Virus record (IMG/VR): IMGVR_UViG_3300011152_000015
Location: 27,189-91,188 of that record
Source of the DNA: a virus
Lineage: Duplodnaviria > Caudoviricetes
DNA: 64,000 nucleotides
Strand: one strand, 5' to 3'
The notes under the pieces are model-generated. The model worked only from the letters and a program-made list of their open reading frames with translations, was not told the origin of the DNA and made no database searches. Position numbers and translations under genes: made by a program. Every line of letters starts with the position of its first letter. Position 1 is the stretch's first letter. Shown piece by piece: positions 1 to 9,657 of the stretch.

Positions 1-12
1 CCTGCAAAACGC

Positions 13-306
13 AACCCAACACAAAAAGCCCAACCCAACACAAACCCAACACAGCCAAAAGCCTTATAAATCAATGCCTTCAAAGCACCTGTGTTGAGTG
101 TGTTGGGTTTGTTGGGTTTTTCAGCCCTCGCATAGAGAAATTTCACGCCTCCGATCAAAGCGCCGTACAAAAACATTGCGCATGCGCGCGCGCGTGGCCA
201 AACCCAACACACCCCGCACACCGCCCGCAAAGCCCCGCCATTCGCGGCCTCGGCCTGTGCTGGGTTACGAAAACCAACCCGACACAACCCAACACAACCC
301 AACACA
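13..306. repeat. AACCCAACAC iteron-like repeats, candidate replication origin of prophage 1
   Basis: Direct copies at 13, 32, 43, 201, ~286 and ~296; inverted TGTTGGGTT copies at ~100-118; immediately downstream of the primase gene. Confidence 0.6.
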
Positions 307-319
307 CATTCATGCGCAT

Positions 320-3019
320 TCATGCTGCAGCCGCCTTCAGGTGCTCCCACCTGTCCACGTCCCAGCCCGCCAACCGCGCCTTTCCACGCCACTCCGTCAC
401 ATGCTGGCCGAGCGCAGCGGCTGCCAGAGATGGGGGCAGGGAAGAGTCCGGGTCACCGGGAAAGAAAAACGCCCCGAAGCGCCGCGTCGCGCCATCCGTC
501 CAGGGGATCGAGCGCGTCTTCTCCACCTCCGCACTGATGAACAGACTGAACTTCGTCTGGCTCATCGCATGCTCACGGTTGCGCTGGCACCACTCCAGAA
601 ACATCGCATACAGGTCCGTTGACAGGCACGCGCCCCAAAGCCCCTGGCCAAGGTCACCCGTCTGCCACTGATGCAGGAACGTCTGCCACCCCGCCCTGCT
701 CAAAGCCACCAGCCGCTGCCGCGCCTCGGTGCGCGGCGGGCGCGTGCGCTGGTTGAACTCGCCCAGGTCCAGCGACAGCAACCAGCCATACAGCGCCGCC
801 ACCCCATTGCCGGCCAACTCCGCGCCGATGGCCTTCTGCCGCGCCTCCGGCAGCGTCTCCTGCGGCCAGATCACCAGCATCCGCCGATCGCTGTCACTGA
901 TCGGCCACGGCAGAATCTCGTTCGAGAGGAACACCGCATTCATATGGTTGGCTTCCTCCCAACCATTGATGAACTTGCTCTCCATCCGCACCGTCTTGCC
1001 CGTGATCAGATGCTTGATCTTCCCCACCTGGTTGTAGCGCTGGTCCCGGCTTACAACCTCCTCGAACACAGCCCACAACTTGCGGCTCTGCCACGCGTTG
1101 AAGCTCGATTCCAGCTGCGTCTGCCCCACCGTCGCCGCATAAATGCCGAACAACTGGCCGAATGCATCGGCGAACAACAGGCTCTTGCCCGAGCCCTCCA
1201 TGATCGAGTGGGCCAGCACCGCCGTGTCCATCTTCGCGCCCATGTGCTGCAACGGGTAAGCCAGCCACCTCGTCAGCCAGTCGCGCGCCTGCTCGTCGTG
1301 ATTGCACAGGAACGAGATCAACCACCGCAGGTTCTCGCACGCCGCATCATCTCGAATCGGCTCCAGCGGCAGCCCCTCGAACGTATTGATGTAAACAGCC
1401 GGGTCCTTCGTCATCGCCGGGTCGAACACAATGTGGTCCACATCCACCGTGCGCCGCTCTGCCGAGTTCAGCCACAACGCATACGCATCGCCCAGCGCCA
1501 TCTTCACCGCGCCCTCCGGGATGCGCCGCTTCTTCTCGCGGTCCCACACATCCTTCGTGCCGTCGATGTACACATAGCGGTCGATCGGCGTCATCCCCAG
1601 CGCCGTCGCCTTCTTGCCCGCCATGCGCCGCGCCTGCTCGATCTCGCGCACCGCATCGGCGCCGATCAGCTTCTTCTCCGCGTCATCCATCCAGGCCTTC
1701 GCCAGCGGCTTTGTCACCAGGGCCTCGAAGGCGGTCTTCTTCATCACCGTCTTCTTGTCCTGGTCCCAGACGTGCGTCGTACCCTCCACCAGCGCAAAGC
1801 GCCGCAGCACCTGCTCACCCGTCAGCCCCGCCCCCTGCCCCCCGTTTTCGGAGGAGCCGGCCGGCGCGGCGGCTTCGGTTTCGGATGGGGCCGGGGAAGG
1901 CTCACCAGCGGCCAGAGCAGCCTCCAGCTGCGCCGCCACGGCCTCGAGCCCGTCGCACGCATGCAAGTCATTCCAGTCCCCGCCCTGCTCGCCCTCAGGC
2001 AACAGCGGGAAGGCCGGCACACCGCCCACCTGCCCCGCCGCCGCCTCGGCCTTCGTCCTGCCCGGGTTGCCCGCCACGGTCGGGTCATCATCCCCGGCGA
2101 TCACCAGCGGCACGTCTGGGCACTGCGCCCGCAGCGCCGCAGCCACCGCCGGCACGTTGCCCGAATCGATCGCCACTGCCACCGGCCAACCCTTGGCCAT
2201 ATGCACACTGGCCGCCGTGGCATAACCCTCCGCCTCGGCAACGACATCGGCGCCGGCCAACTCGCCCAGCACATGAAAGCAACCCGCCTTGCGCCCGTAC
2301 TTCGGGAACAGCTTCGTCCCCTGCTCGTTGATCGCCTGCAGGCTCCACAGCTTGCCCGCCGCATCGCGCAGCGGCACCGCAATGGTCCCGGCCTTGAACA
2401 TCAGAAAGCTGATCGAATCCGGCCGCGGCTTCGGCAGGTTCGCGAAGAATTCCCGCGTCTCGCTGCCCACCCACACATCGCAACGCTGCCGCGCATCGTC
2501 GATGGCCAGCACAACCGTGTAATGAAAAAACCCAACACCAAAAGCCCCCACCTGCTTGCGCTCCAGGTAGGGGCTCACGCCTTGCGGCTTGCAATGCTTC
2601 TCCCAGATCAACTGGCACGCGCTCGCAACCGCCTCACGCATCACCGCCAGCCGTGCCTCATCCGCCTCGATCTCCGCCTGGCGCACGGCGCGCCGGGCTT
2701 CCGCCTCGGCATTCAACCGCCGCTTCTCCTCGGCCGTCATCGGCTCGCGGCGAGGCGTCCAGCCGTTATCCTTCGCCAGCTTGATCACCGTACCCATGCC
2801 GGTCCCGCGCTTGCGGCAGCTCTTCCACACGCTGCGCGCATCGGCGGCCTTATAGCCGTCACCGGTCTGGCTCCAGCCATCCCAGGCATCGAAACCCGCC
2901 TCGCCAAACTCGGCCTTCACGCCCATCGCCACCGCCAACCAGGTGTCGCGGTCGTCGGCGTGAATGAAGGTAAGCAGCTCGGCGAGGTCTGTAAGCGTCA
3001 GCGGGACTTGTTCAGACAT
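320..3019 (-). CDS. Phage primase/helicase (PriCT-2 N-terminus, Toprim, C-terminal P-loop NTPase)
   Basis: DDRDTWLAVAMG..WDGWS (PriCT-2), AEGYAT and IAGDDD (Toprim), EGSGKS Walker A; start chosen at MSEQ. Confidence 0.85.
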   Translation of the reverse strand: MSEQVPLTLTDLAELLTFIHADDRDTWLAVAMGVKAEFGEAGFDAWDGWSQTGDGYKAADARSVWKSCRKRGTGMGTVIKLAKDNGWTPRREPMTAEEKRRLNAEAEARRAVRQAEIEADEARLAVMREAVASACQLIWEKHCKPQGVSPYLERKQVGAFGVGFFHYTVVLAIDDARQRCDVWVGSETREFFANLPKPRPDSISFLMFKAGTIAVPLRDAAGKLWSLQAINEQGTKLFPKYGRKAGCFHVLGELAGADVVAEAEGYATAASVHMAKGWPVAVAIDSGNVPAVAAALRAQCPDVPLVIAGDDDPTVAGNPGRTKAEAAAGQVGGVPAFPLLPEGEQGGDWNDLHACDGLEAVAAQLEAALAAGEPSPAPSETEAAAPAGSSENGGQGAGLTGEQVLRRFALVEGTTHVWDQDKKTVMKKTAFEALVTKPLAKAWMDDAEKKLIGADAVREIEQARRMAGKKATALGMTPIDRYVYIDGTKDVWDREKKRRIPEGAVKMALGDAYALWLNSAERRTVDVDHIVFDPAMTKDPAVYINTFEGLPLEPIRDDAACENLRWLISFLCNHDEQARDWLTRWLAYPLQHMGAKMDTAVLAHSIMEGSGKSLLFADAFGQLFGIYAATVGQTQLESSFNAWQSRKLWAVFEEVVSRDQRYNQVGKIKHLITGKTVRMESKFINGWEEANHMNAVFLSNEILPWPISDSDRRMLVIWPQETLPEARQKAIGAELAGNGVAALYGWLLSLDLGEFNQRTRPPRTEARQRLVALSRAGWQTFLHQWQTGDLGQGLWGACLSTDLYAMFLEWCQRNREHAMSQTKFSLFISAEVEKTRSIPWTDGATRRFGAFFFPGDPDSSLPPSLAAAALGQHVTEWRGKARLAGWDVDRWEHLKAAAA

Positions 3020-3767
3020 CGCCCGCCTCCACCCGCTTGAACTCGACGACCCAGACCCAAGGGTTAGCATCCCATGACTCAGCGCCGTTCATATCCGCCC
3101 AAAGGCGCTTAAACCGGTCACGGGGCTGGTTCATCGCATTGAACAGCTCACGTTCGGCTCCGTCCCAAACATCAACATCACGGATGCCCTCAGGCCGCTC
3201 GACGCCCTCAGCAACTGCCTGATCCTCGCTGATGTCATGTAGGCGCTCGACGTGCACAGCGGTGATCTCCAGCAGGATGCGCGAGGCCCAGCGGGGCATG
3301 TGGATGCTGGGCTTCCAACGACACTGCATGTTGCCGTCCGGATCAGTGAATTCGCACGAATCACCGCTAGCACGATAGGAGCAATGCGCCGTGTTCTGGT
3401 AAGGCGACATGTCCTTCCACCAACTTGGGTCGGCTCGCATCTCGTCATCGTCGACAAGGGGGCCTTGCCACGCCTCCCGCACCCATAGCCGGTCGCCTGG
3501 CCGGCCATAAGGGCATGCTCCGAACTCGCCGAGCTCCATTGCGCACTCTTCCTCTGTCTCGCCAAACACGCAGAATCCATAGCGGGGATGACGCTGCCCG
3601 ACCGCGCTCCAGCGATGGCGGGTTTCCCCTTTTGAGGGATCTTCCTTTGGAATCTGTAGGCCCTTTACTGGCCGCCGCGTCACCGTCTTACGGCCTTCAA
3701 GAATCGCGCGAACCATGGCGCTATCGAACAGAATCGGACGCTCTTTAACCACGACGCACCCCCGCAT
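3012..3767 (-). CDS. ASCH/PUA-like phage protein
   Basis: ERPILF..MVRAILEGRKTVTRR, CPYG.PGDRLWVRE, WKPSIHMPRWASR, NPWVWVVEF motifs. Confidence 0.75.
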   Translation of the reverse strand: MRGCVVVKERPILFDSAMVRAILEGRKTVTRRPVKGLQIPKEDPSKGETRHRWSAVGQRHPRYGFCVFGETEEECAMELGEFGACPYGRPGDRLWVREAWQGPLVDDDEMRADPSWWKDMSPYQNTAHCSYRASGDSCEFTDPDGNMQCRWKPSIHMPRWASRILLEITAVHVERLHDISEDQAVAEGVERPEGIRDVDVWDGAERELFNAMNQPRDRFKRLWADMNGAESWDANPWVWVVEFKRVEAGDV

Positions 3768-3966
3768 CCAGTTTATCCAACAAGGTCTGGCAGTCGATGC
3801 ACGTCTGGCAGCCCGGTGCTGCTTCGCGTCGAGCCTGCGGAATCTCTACGCCGCACTCCTCGCAATGCGTAGCACTCGGCCCGGTCGGCAGCTGCGCGCG
3901 GCGCGCCAAGGCCACCTCCAGCAGATACTCGGCCTGCTCATTGCCGCGGTCGATTACATCAGCCAT
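3745..3966 (-). CDS. TraR/DksA C4-type zinc finger protein
   Basis: MADVID start; CEECG.EIP.ARR...PGC.TCIDCQ. Confidence 0.9.
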   Translation of the reverse strand: MADVIDRGNEQAEYLLEVALARRAQLPTGPSATHCEECGVEIPQARREAAPGCQTCIDCQTLLDKLDAGVRRG

Positions 3967-4462
3967 GGGTCACCTCCCCTTCTGCAACGGCCTCGAGCAT
4001 CGCCAGCTCCGCCCCGGCCACGATGCCCAGCAGCTGAGCCACCACCTGGTTGGCGTGGTAGCGCAGCGCCTCCACCTCGTGGGGCAACCAACGGTCGTCG
4101 GCCACCCCCTCATGCAGGCTCTGCACGAAGTCGCCCTTAGCGCGCATCACCTGGGCCAGCCCCTTCAACGCCTCGCGCGAGGCGCGAACCGGCACCGGCA
4201 CATACGCCACCGCACCGGCCGGGCGCACCAAGGCCGCCAGCAGGCGCGGGTCCCGCGTGGCGGCCACGATCTCCTCCAGGAACTCAGGGTGGATGGGGCG
4301 GTTGTTGTTCGGGCTGACGCGCTTGTTCAGCTCGTCCGGGTCCATGCCGATGGTCAGCGCCACCGCATTCTGGCCCCCTGTTGCGTCGCGCGTGGCGCGG
4401 TACAGCGCCTGGCGGGTGTTCAGCACCGGGCCAGCGCCCGGTAATAGATCCTTGCGACTCAT
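3959..4462 (-). CDS. Phage CII-family regulatory protein
   Basis: N-terminal HTH-like segment; located downstream of cro. Confidence 0.7.
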   Translation of the reverse strand: MSRKDLLPGAGPVLNTRQALYRATRDATGGQNAVALTIGMDPDELNKRVSPNNNRPIHPEFLEEIVAATRDPRLLAALVRPAGAVAYVPVPVRASREALKGLAQVMRAKGDFVQSLHEGVADDRWLPHEVEALRYHANQVVAQLLGIVAGAELAMLEAVAEGEVTHG

Positions 4463-4522
4463 AGCGTTAATGCCCCCTTAACGCTGTAGCCAACCGCAGG
4501 GCGATTGCCCTACAGTTCGCTT

Positions 4523-4692
4523 ACAGCTCGCGACCCTCCCGATACGTGCTGTGTCCTCGGGTCGCGGGTTGAGGCGGTCGGGGTGGTACCCGACTACCGG
4601 ACCGCAGGAACCAGGGCTGACGCTTTGGTGAGTGAACTGCCCTTGGTTCCTGCCTCTACACAAGCCTGCCGCCGTAGCGACAGGCTTTTTTG
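4523..4692 (+). ncRNA. Predicted C4-like antisense RNA with two seed loops; ends approximate
   Basis: Stem CGCGACCC/GGGTCGCG encloses ACGTGCTGTGTCCT; stem GCAGGAACCAGGGC/GCCCTTGGTTCCTGC encloses TTGGTGAGTGA; intrinsic terminator at 4662-4691; both loops are complementary to repeated leader motifs. Confidence 0.7.
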
Positions 4693-4807
4693 CTTCTGGG
4701 CTGCTTGCCCGGCGCCGGCCCGATGGCGCTGGTGAGGCTCTCGGGCCGGCTCCCGCCGTGATACTTGGTTGTTGCTGTGCTGTGTCCTGTCGGCGGGCTG
4801 TGATTCG

Positions 4808-5068
4808 TTATGCGCGGCGCTCGCCTTGTCGGCGTTCGTTCTGACGGCGATCCCCATCGCGTCGCTCAACGCGCGGATCCGCCGCAATACCGCCTTCCGC
4901 CAGCTCTTGTGCGTAAAGAGCCTCGATTGCCTTTCCAGTGGTGTATCGGATATCCGCGCCATTAAGCGCCCGATGAATCGTCGGCTGGGTGGTTCCCACC
5001 GCGTCGGCGATCGAGCCTTGCGAGTAGCCAAGTTCCACCAGTCGCTCAATCATCTTTTTGATTTTCAT
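4808..5068 (-). CDS. Cro-like HTH repressor
   Basis: SQGSIADAVGTTQPTIHR HTH; divergent from cI. Confidence 0.8.
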   Translation of the reverse strand: MKIKKMIERLVELGYSQGSIADAVGTTQPTIHRALNGADIRYTTGKAIEALYAQELAEGGIAADPRVERRDGDRRQNERRQGERRA

Positions 5069-5080
5069 CGCCTCTATACC

Positions 5081-5158
5081 TATGCGCATTCGCATTAAAC
5101 TCGATAATACGCGGACGTATTAAATGAATCAATACACTTGCCTATACGTTTACGAATC
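5081..5158. promoter_or_regulatory. Three operators, consensus AATACG-N4-CGTATT, between cro and cI
   Basis: 5081-5096, 5106-5121 (perfect arms), 5143-5158. Confidence 0.75.
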
Positions 5159-5168
5159 GGGCACGGAC

Positions 5169-5834
5169 ATGAACATAGGCAAGCGGCTTGCAGCCATGCT
5201 GGAGGAGCTCGACTGGTCCGAAGGTGAGCTCAAGCGACGATCTGGCGTGCCGCAGCCCACCATCCATCGGATCATTACCGGCGAGTCTCAGGACCCCCGG
5301 CAAGGCAACGTTGAAAAGATCGCCAAGGCGCTTGGAGTAACTGCTCATTGGCTCCGCCATGGCGGCTCGAGGGACCAGAGCGTCAAGGAGGATATTGCGC
5401 TCTATGCTTCCAACGTCGAGCCCGGCCCACCGATCACCAGCCCGTATCGCGCCATTAAGATCGTAGGCACAGCACAGATGGGCAACGAAGGCTACTGGTA
5501 CGCCCTGGACGAGGCGGAAGGTTATATCGACGTACCGTCGCGTGATCCTGATGCCTACGCGCTACGGCTGAAGGGGCACAGCATGGCCCCAGCGATCAAA
5601 GATGGATGGCTGGCAGTAGTTGAGCCGAACAGCCCTCTGGTTCCGTTTGAGTACGTGATGATCCGCCTGCATGACGGCGAGTCCATGGTGAAAGAGCTTC
5701 TGCGCGCTACCGAAGATGAGGTGCTTGTAGGCTCCGTTAATAGCGAGTACGGGCGGCGCACGATTCCTACCGATCAGATCGAGCAGATCCACTATGTCGG
5801 CGGCATTGCTCCGCCCAGCAAGATTAGGCTTTGA
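5169..5834 (+). CDS. CI-like repressor (HTH plus S24 peptidase)
   Basis: SGVPQPTIHRI HTH; GHSMAP serine and MVK lysine of the S24 dyad. Confidence 0.9.
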   Translation: MNIGKRLAAMLEELDWSEGELKRRSGVPQPTIHRIITGESQDPRQGNVEKIAKALGVTAHWLRHGGSRDQSVKEDIALYASNVEPGPPITSPYRAIKIVGTAQMGNEGYWYALDEAEGYIDVPSRDPDAYALRLKGHSMAPAIKDGWLAVVEPNSPLVPFEYVMIRLHDGESMVKELLRATEDEVLVGSVNSEYGRRTIPTDQIEQIHYVGGIAPPSKIRL

Positions 5835-5875
5835 TGTGGCGCGCCGGCGGCTAGTCCGCCTACTACGTTGGATGC

Positions 5876-5900
5876 AAGCCCCGCACCTAGCGGGGCTTTT
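5876..5900 (+). terminator. Rho-independent terminator after cI
   Basis: AAGCCCCGC-ACCTA-GCGGGGCTTTT. Confidence 0.7.
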
Positions 5901-6081
5901 GATAAGCGATACGACTGTAAGCCATCACCTACAGCTGGCGTCATGATCAAGCCGTATCCGGCTCCGATCATTTCGATCATAGTTCGCTCGCAATAGCGCA
6001 GGACGCGCCCCGGGCCTGGAGGGCCGATGGACCACCGCGTGGATCGCGGAGCTTGGAGCACCGGGACAACAGCATCAATTC

Positions 6082-6106
6082 AGCCCCGCCTCGTGCGGGG
6101 CTTTTT
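6082..6106 (+). terminator. Rho-independent terminator
   Basis: AGCCCCGC-CTCGT-GCGGGGCTTTTTT. Confidence 0.7.
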
Positions 6107-6234
6107 ACACCCACGATACCCATCCCCCGGCACGACTCGCTGATTGCTGATCAACCTGCTGCCCGCCATCGAACGCATTATTCAGGCTTAGCCATACGAC
6201 CAAGGCGACTTGTTCTGTCGTGCATCCTTGCATA

Positions 6235-6250
6235 CTGTATGGACATACAG
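6235..6250. promoter_or_regulatory. LexA (SOS) box
   Basis: CTG-TATGGACATA-CAG upstream of the ATG at 6267. Confidence 0.8.
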
Positions 6251-6266
6251 CAGTAAGGAGCTTCTA

Positions 6267-6527
6267 ATGCCTTGGACACAGGCTCGCGCCATCACCCACC
6301 AGAGACATATTTCCAGCTACAACCGCCTGCTCCGGCGGGTGAACCATCTAATCACCACGCCACGCGCCAGGGCTGAACGCCAGGCGAACCTAGCCCGCCA
6401 TCCTGACGACCGGCCCGAAGATTGGGAGCGCCTCTTGGATGAGATTCAGCAAACCGAAGGCGTCTCGATGACGCTTCGGTCGGACGGCAGCATCCATGTC
6501 CGATGGTTATCAGTCGAAACTTGTTGA
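6267..6527 (+). CDS. DUF1654-like small protein, probably SOS-regulated
   Basis: SYNRL..RV..LI..PRA...W..LL.EI....GV.....DGS..V.W pattern; AGGAG RBS. Confidence 0.7.
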   Translation: MPWTQARAITHQRHISSYNRLLRRVNHLITTPRARAERQANLARHPDDRPEDWERLLDEIQQTEGVSMTLRSDGSIHVRWLSVETC

Positions 6528-6546
6528 GCCAGCCCAGACGTCCTTG

Positions 6547-6607
6547 AATTCGCAATCGAATAAAGTAATGCGCTGACGTATTGACTGGAATAATACGTTG
6601 ACGTATT
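6547..6607. promoter_or_regulatory. Three further operators overlapping the rightward early promoter
   Basis: 6547-6562, 6567-6582, 6592-6607 match AATACG-N4-CGTATT; TTGACT at 6581. Confidence 0.75.
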
Positions 6608-6643
6608 GTCTGTCGCGTACCCACTCACCAAGGGAACGCGACA

Positions 6644-6850
6644 ATGGACACAGCACGTCACAACACCACCCGCTGCCCGGTGTTCCTGCACCCGGCAGCC
6701 GCAACAAACCCCCGCACCGTCGCAAGCATCCAGCAGGCCACCGGCCAACTGATCGTGCTCGCCGGGGGCCGCCCGCAGCTCAAGCGCAACACCCTGCCCG
6801 CCCTTGATGATTACCAAGGCTTTGGGCCGTTTGACGGAGGTGCGGCATGA
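6644..6850 (+). CDS. Phage hypothetical protein, first gene of the early operon
   Basis: V.LHPAAAT.P..VA.IQQATG; stop overlaps the next start. Confidence 0.7.
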   Translation: MDTARHNTTRCPVFLHPAAATNPRTVASIQQATGQLIVLAGGRPQLKRNTLPALDDYQGFGPFDGGAA

Positions 6851-7425
6851 ACCATCTCCTCATCGGCCTGCACGGCCTCGCTCGCACCGGCAAGGACACA
6901 GCTGCCGCCTACCTGACAGCTCAGTTCGCGCTGTACAGCTACGCCTTCGCCGACCCACTCAAGGCCGCCATCGCCCAGCTTTTCAACCTCACCCATGAAC
7001 ACATGGAAGGCACGCTGAAAGAGGCCCTGCTGCCGGGAATCGGCAAGTCGCCTCGGCAACTGATGCAGCTGCTCGGCACCGAATGGGGCCGCCAGCAAGT
7101 ACACCCTGAGCTCTGGCTGCTGCTGGCCCAGCAGAACATTGGCTACCAGCTGGAAGTCGACCAGAGCCACTACAACGGCGTGGTGATCCGCGACGTGCGC
7201 TTCGAGAACGAGGCCAAGTGGATTCGCCGCCAGGGCGGGCATGTGGTGCACATCCTGCGCCCGGATGCACAAGCCGTAGCACTGCATTCCAGTGAAAGCG
7301 GCATTGCCATCCACGATAACGACTCCGTCGTGCACAACGAAGGCACCCTGGACGATCTCTATCGCCAGCTCGACCGCATCATGTGCGCCGCCGCATCCGC
7401 GCACCGCCATCGGTCGGTAGCCTGA
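6847..7425 (+). CDS. Deoxynucleotide monophosphate kinase
   Basis: GLARTGKDT, FADPLK, SPRQLMQLLGTEWGR, DVRFENE, HSSE. Confidence 0.9.
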   Translation: MNHLLIGLHGLARTGKDTAAAYLTAQFALYSYAFADPLKAAIAQLFNLTHEHMEGTLKEALLPGIGKSPRQLMQLLGTEWGRQQVHPELWLLLAQQNIGYQLEVDQSHYNGVVIRDVRFENEAKWIRRQGGHVVHILRPDAQAVALHSSESGIAIHDNDSVVHNEGTLDDLYRQLDRIMCAAASAHRHRSVA

Positions 7426-7436
7426 GGCTCGCCGCC

Positions 7437-7709
7437 ATGAACCGCGACCTGACCCAAGCCGCCGCCGTGCTCGGCCTCGGCCCGCGCAAGCTGCGCCGCC
7501 AGCTACGCGCGCTGGGCATCCTCGACCACGAGGGCAAGCTCGCCCCGGCCTACCGCGACAAGGGCAACCTGTACGTGGACACCCGCCAGCGCTGGAACGC
7601 ATCCATCAGCAGCTGGACGAGCTACGGCGTGGTCATGAGCACTGAGCGCGGCATCGAGTGGCTGGCCAAGCAACTGGGCATCACCATCACCCGGAAGGAC
7701 GTCGCATGA
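7437..7709 (+). CDS. Antirepressor KilAC-like domain protein
   Basis: AA.VLGLGPRKLR..LR..GIL ... T.RGIEWL. Confidence 0.65.
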   Translation: MNRDLTQAAAVLGLGPRKLRRQLRALGILDHEGKLAPAYRDKGNLYVDTRQRWNASISSWTSYGVVMSTERGIEWLAKQLGITITRKDVA

Positions 7710-8101
7710 ACACCTGCATTGATGACGCCATCGGCGCGCTCAAACTCGTGCCGCTGCACTTCAGCCACCCCAGCATGATCAGCCGCGCCACCGTCATCGG
7801 CGCAGCCTGCGAGGCCCCGGCCCGGCTGGAGGCCATGCCCGCGCGCAGCAACGAACTGCTGGAGGCCTACCGCAAGGTGCGCCAGGTGCTGCGTGAGGGC
7901 GATACCGCCTACGTCACCCCTACCACCTGCCCCGAGCGCCCGTTCGGCGCCGTCGTGGTGGATGCCTCCGGCCGGCTTGCCGCCTCCGCCACTGGCAAAA
8001 CCATTGAAGGCCTCGCCGAACTGATCCGCCTGCGCCTCCCGGAGGCGAACCCGGCACACACCGCAGAGGGGCGCGGGGAGAAAGGAGGGCCGCAGGCGTG
8101 A
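7706..8101 (+). CDS. Phage hypothetical protein
   Basis: ATGA/GTGA coupling with both neighbours. Confidence 0.65.
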   Translation: MNTCIDDAIGALKLVPLHFSHPSMISRATVIGAACEAPARLEAMPARSNELLEAYRKVRQVLREGDTAYVTPTTCPERPFGAVVVDASGRLAASATGKTIEGLAELIRLRLPEANPAHTAEGRGEKGGPQA

Positions 8102-8361
8102 CCAGCACCTACCAACAACTCCAGCGCCGCTACGACCGGCCCTGCCTGCCGCTCGACGATGTGCGCCGCGAATACCTGCCCCACATCAGCAGCGATGAAT
8201 ACCTGATGGAGGCCATCCGCACCGGCACCATCCGCCTGCGCTACGTGCGCCTGGGCGGCTCCCGGCTCGGCCCCCCCGTTGTTTACCTGCGTGACCTGGC
8301 CACCTGGCTGGACGCGCACGACCCGAGCAACACCAAACCAGCCACTGACCCGGTGGCGTAA
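8098..8361 (+). CDS. PrtN-family DNA-binding protein
   Basis: L..RY..P.LPL..V..EY.PH...V.L.DLA.WLD. Confidence 0.75.
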   Translation: MTSTYQQLQRRYDRPCLPLDDVRREYLPHISSDEYLMEAIRTGTIRLRYVRLGGSRLGPPVVYLRDLATWLDAHDPSNTKPATDPVA

Positions 8362-8386
8362 CCACTGCAAAAGGACACAGCACGTC

Positions 8387-8734
8387 ATGAAACCTACCGA
8401 TACCAGCGAGTTCATCAACAGCCTCAACGCCGGCGTATTCGCCCAGCAAGTGGGTCGCGCCCTCTCCGACGTCGCCGCCGGCGTGGTCGAGCACGGCAAG
8501 AAGGGCAAGCTCAGCATCACCTTCGAGCTGAGCCAGATCGGCGAAAGCAACCAGGTGAAGATCAACCACAAGCTGGATTTCACCCAGCCCACCAAGCGCG
8601 GCAGCAAGCGCGAGGACACCGCCCTCGACACGCCCATGTACGTCACCGCCAACGGCCTGGAACTGTTCCAGACGGACCCGACCGCGCAGATGTTCAGCCG
8701 CGAGGAAGCGCCCGTAATCGCCCGCGAAGTCTGA
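8387..8734 (+). CDS. YfdP-like phage protein
   Basis: LNAGVF..Q...ALSDVA.GV...GKKG; TPMYV; paired with the DUF2303-like gene. Confidence 0.7.
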   Translation: MKPTDTSEFINSLNAGVFAQQVGRALSDVAAGVVEHGKKGKLSITFELSQIGESNQVKINHKLDFTQPTKRGSKREDTALDTPMYVTANGLELFQTDPTAQMFSREEAPVIAREV

Positions 8735-8785
8735 GCCGGCGCCTGACCCAGCAACACCCAAATCACTCACCAAGGAATCAACGCA

Positions 8786-9601
8786 ATGTCACTGACGAAA
8801 GAAACCATCCAGCACATCGAAGCCAACGCTATCGCCGCCCTTGGCGTCATGCCACACCAGCAGGTGCCGACGATTGCCCTGCCGGATGACATGAGCATCC
8901 ACAACCTCGAGCGCTACGCCGAGTACCGCGCCCGCTTCCGTGGCGCGCTCAACACCCACGCCCTGGCCGACTTCGCCCGCTACGTCGAGGCCCGCGACGG
9001 CGACGGCGCCCGCGGCTTCATCGACCAGGACCGCATGTCCTGCAGCATCATTTTCAACCTGGGCAATGACCAGCTGGCCGGCCACGGCGACGACACCGCC
9101 ACCCTTACCCTCAAGCCCACCGCCGCCTACAAGGCCCTGCTCGCCGCAGTAGGCCAGCGGCTCGACCAGCAGCAGTTGGCCGAATTCCTCGAAGACTGGG
9201 CGCCCAACATCACCGCCTTCGCTGGCGATGAAAAACTGAACACCGCCCAAGCCATCACCGGCATCCGCAAGATGACCATCAAGGCCACCAGCCAGCGCGA
9301 CAGCACTGTTGGCGACCTCAACCACGCCCGCAGCGCCATGGATGAAATCGAGGCCCGGAGCCAGGAAACCCTGCCGACCCGCTTCGAGTTCACCACGGTG
9401 CCGTTCGAGGGCCTGCAGCCCGCCACCATCACCCTGCGCCTGTCTGTCATCACCGGCAGCGATGCGCCCGTGCTCAAGCTGCGCTGGGTGGCCGAAGAAG
9501 CCCAGCGCGAAGAGTTCGCCCGTGAGTTCAAGGGCGTGCTGGAGCAGCAGGTCGGCGGCTTCGTTCCGCTCACCATCGGCACCTTCCAGCTCGGCGCCTA
9601 A
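8786..9601 (+). CDS. DUF2303/YfdQ family protein
   Basis: RARFRG, FNLG...GH.D.TA.L, Q.QLAEFLEDW, PFEGL. Confidence 0.85.
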   Translation: MSLTKETIQHIEANAIAALGVMPHQQVPTIALPDDMSIHNLERYAEYRARFRGALNTHALADFARYVEARDGDGARGFIDQDRMSCSIIFNLGNDQLAGHGDDTATLTLKPTAAYKALLAAVGQRLDQQQLAEFLEDWAPNITAFAGDEKLNTAQAITGIRKMTIKATSQRDSTVGDLNHARSAMDEIEARSQETLPTRFEFTTVPFEGLQPATITLRLSVITGSDAPVLKLRWVAEEAQREEFAREFKGVLEQQVGGFVPLTIGTFQLGA

Positions 9602-9657
9602 GCCACCACCCGCCGGCCTCACCAGCCGGCGGGCACTCACAACAGGGGACACAGCAC

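Noticed and set aside
13-306. AACCCAACAC repeats as a CRISPR array
   Set aside because: Units are 10 bp, irregularly spaced, in both orientations, and there are no cas genes; they fit origin iterons better
671-3040. 789-aa + strand ORF and similar long antisense ORFs (e.g. 13209-14273, 48360-49679)
   Set aside because: Shadows of well-supported genes in GC-rich DNA, with no recognisable motifs
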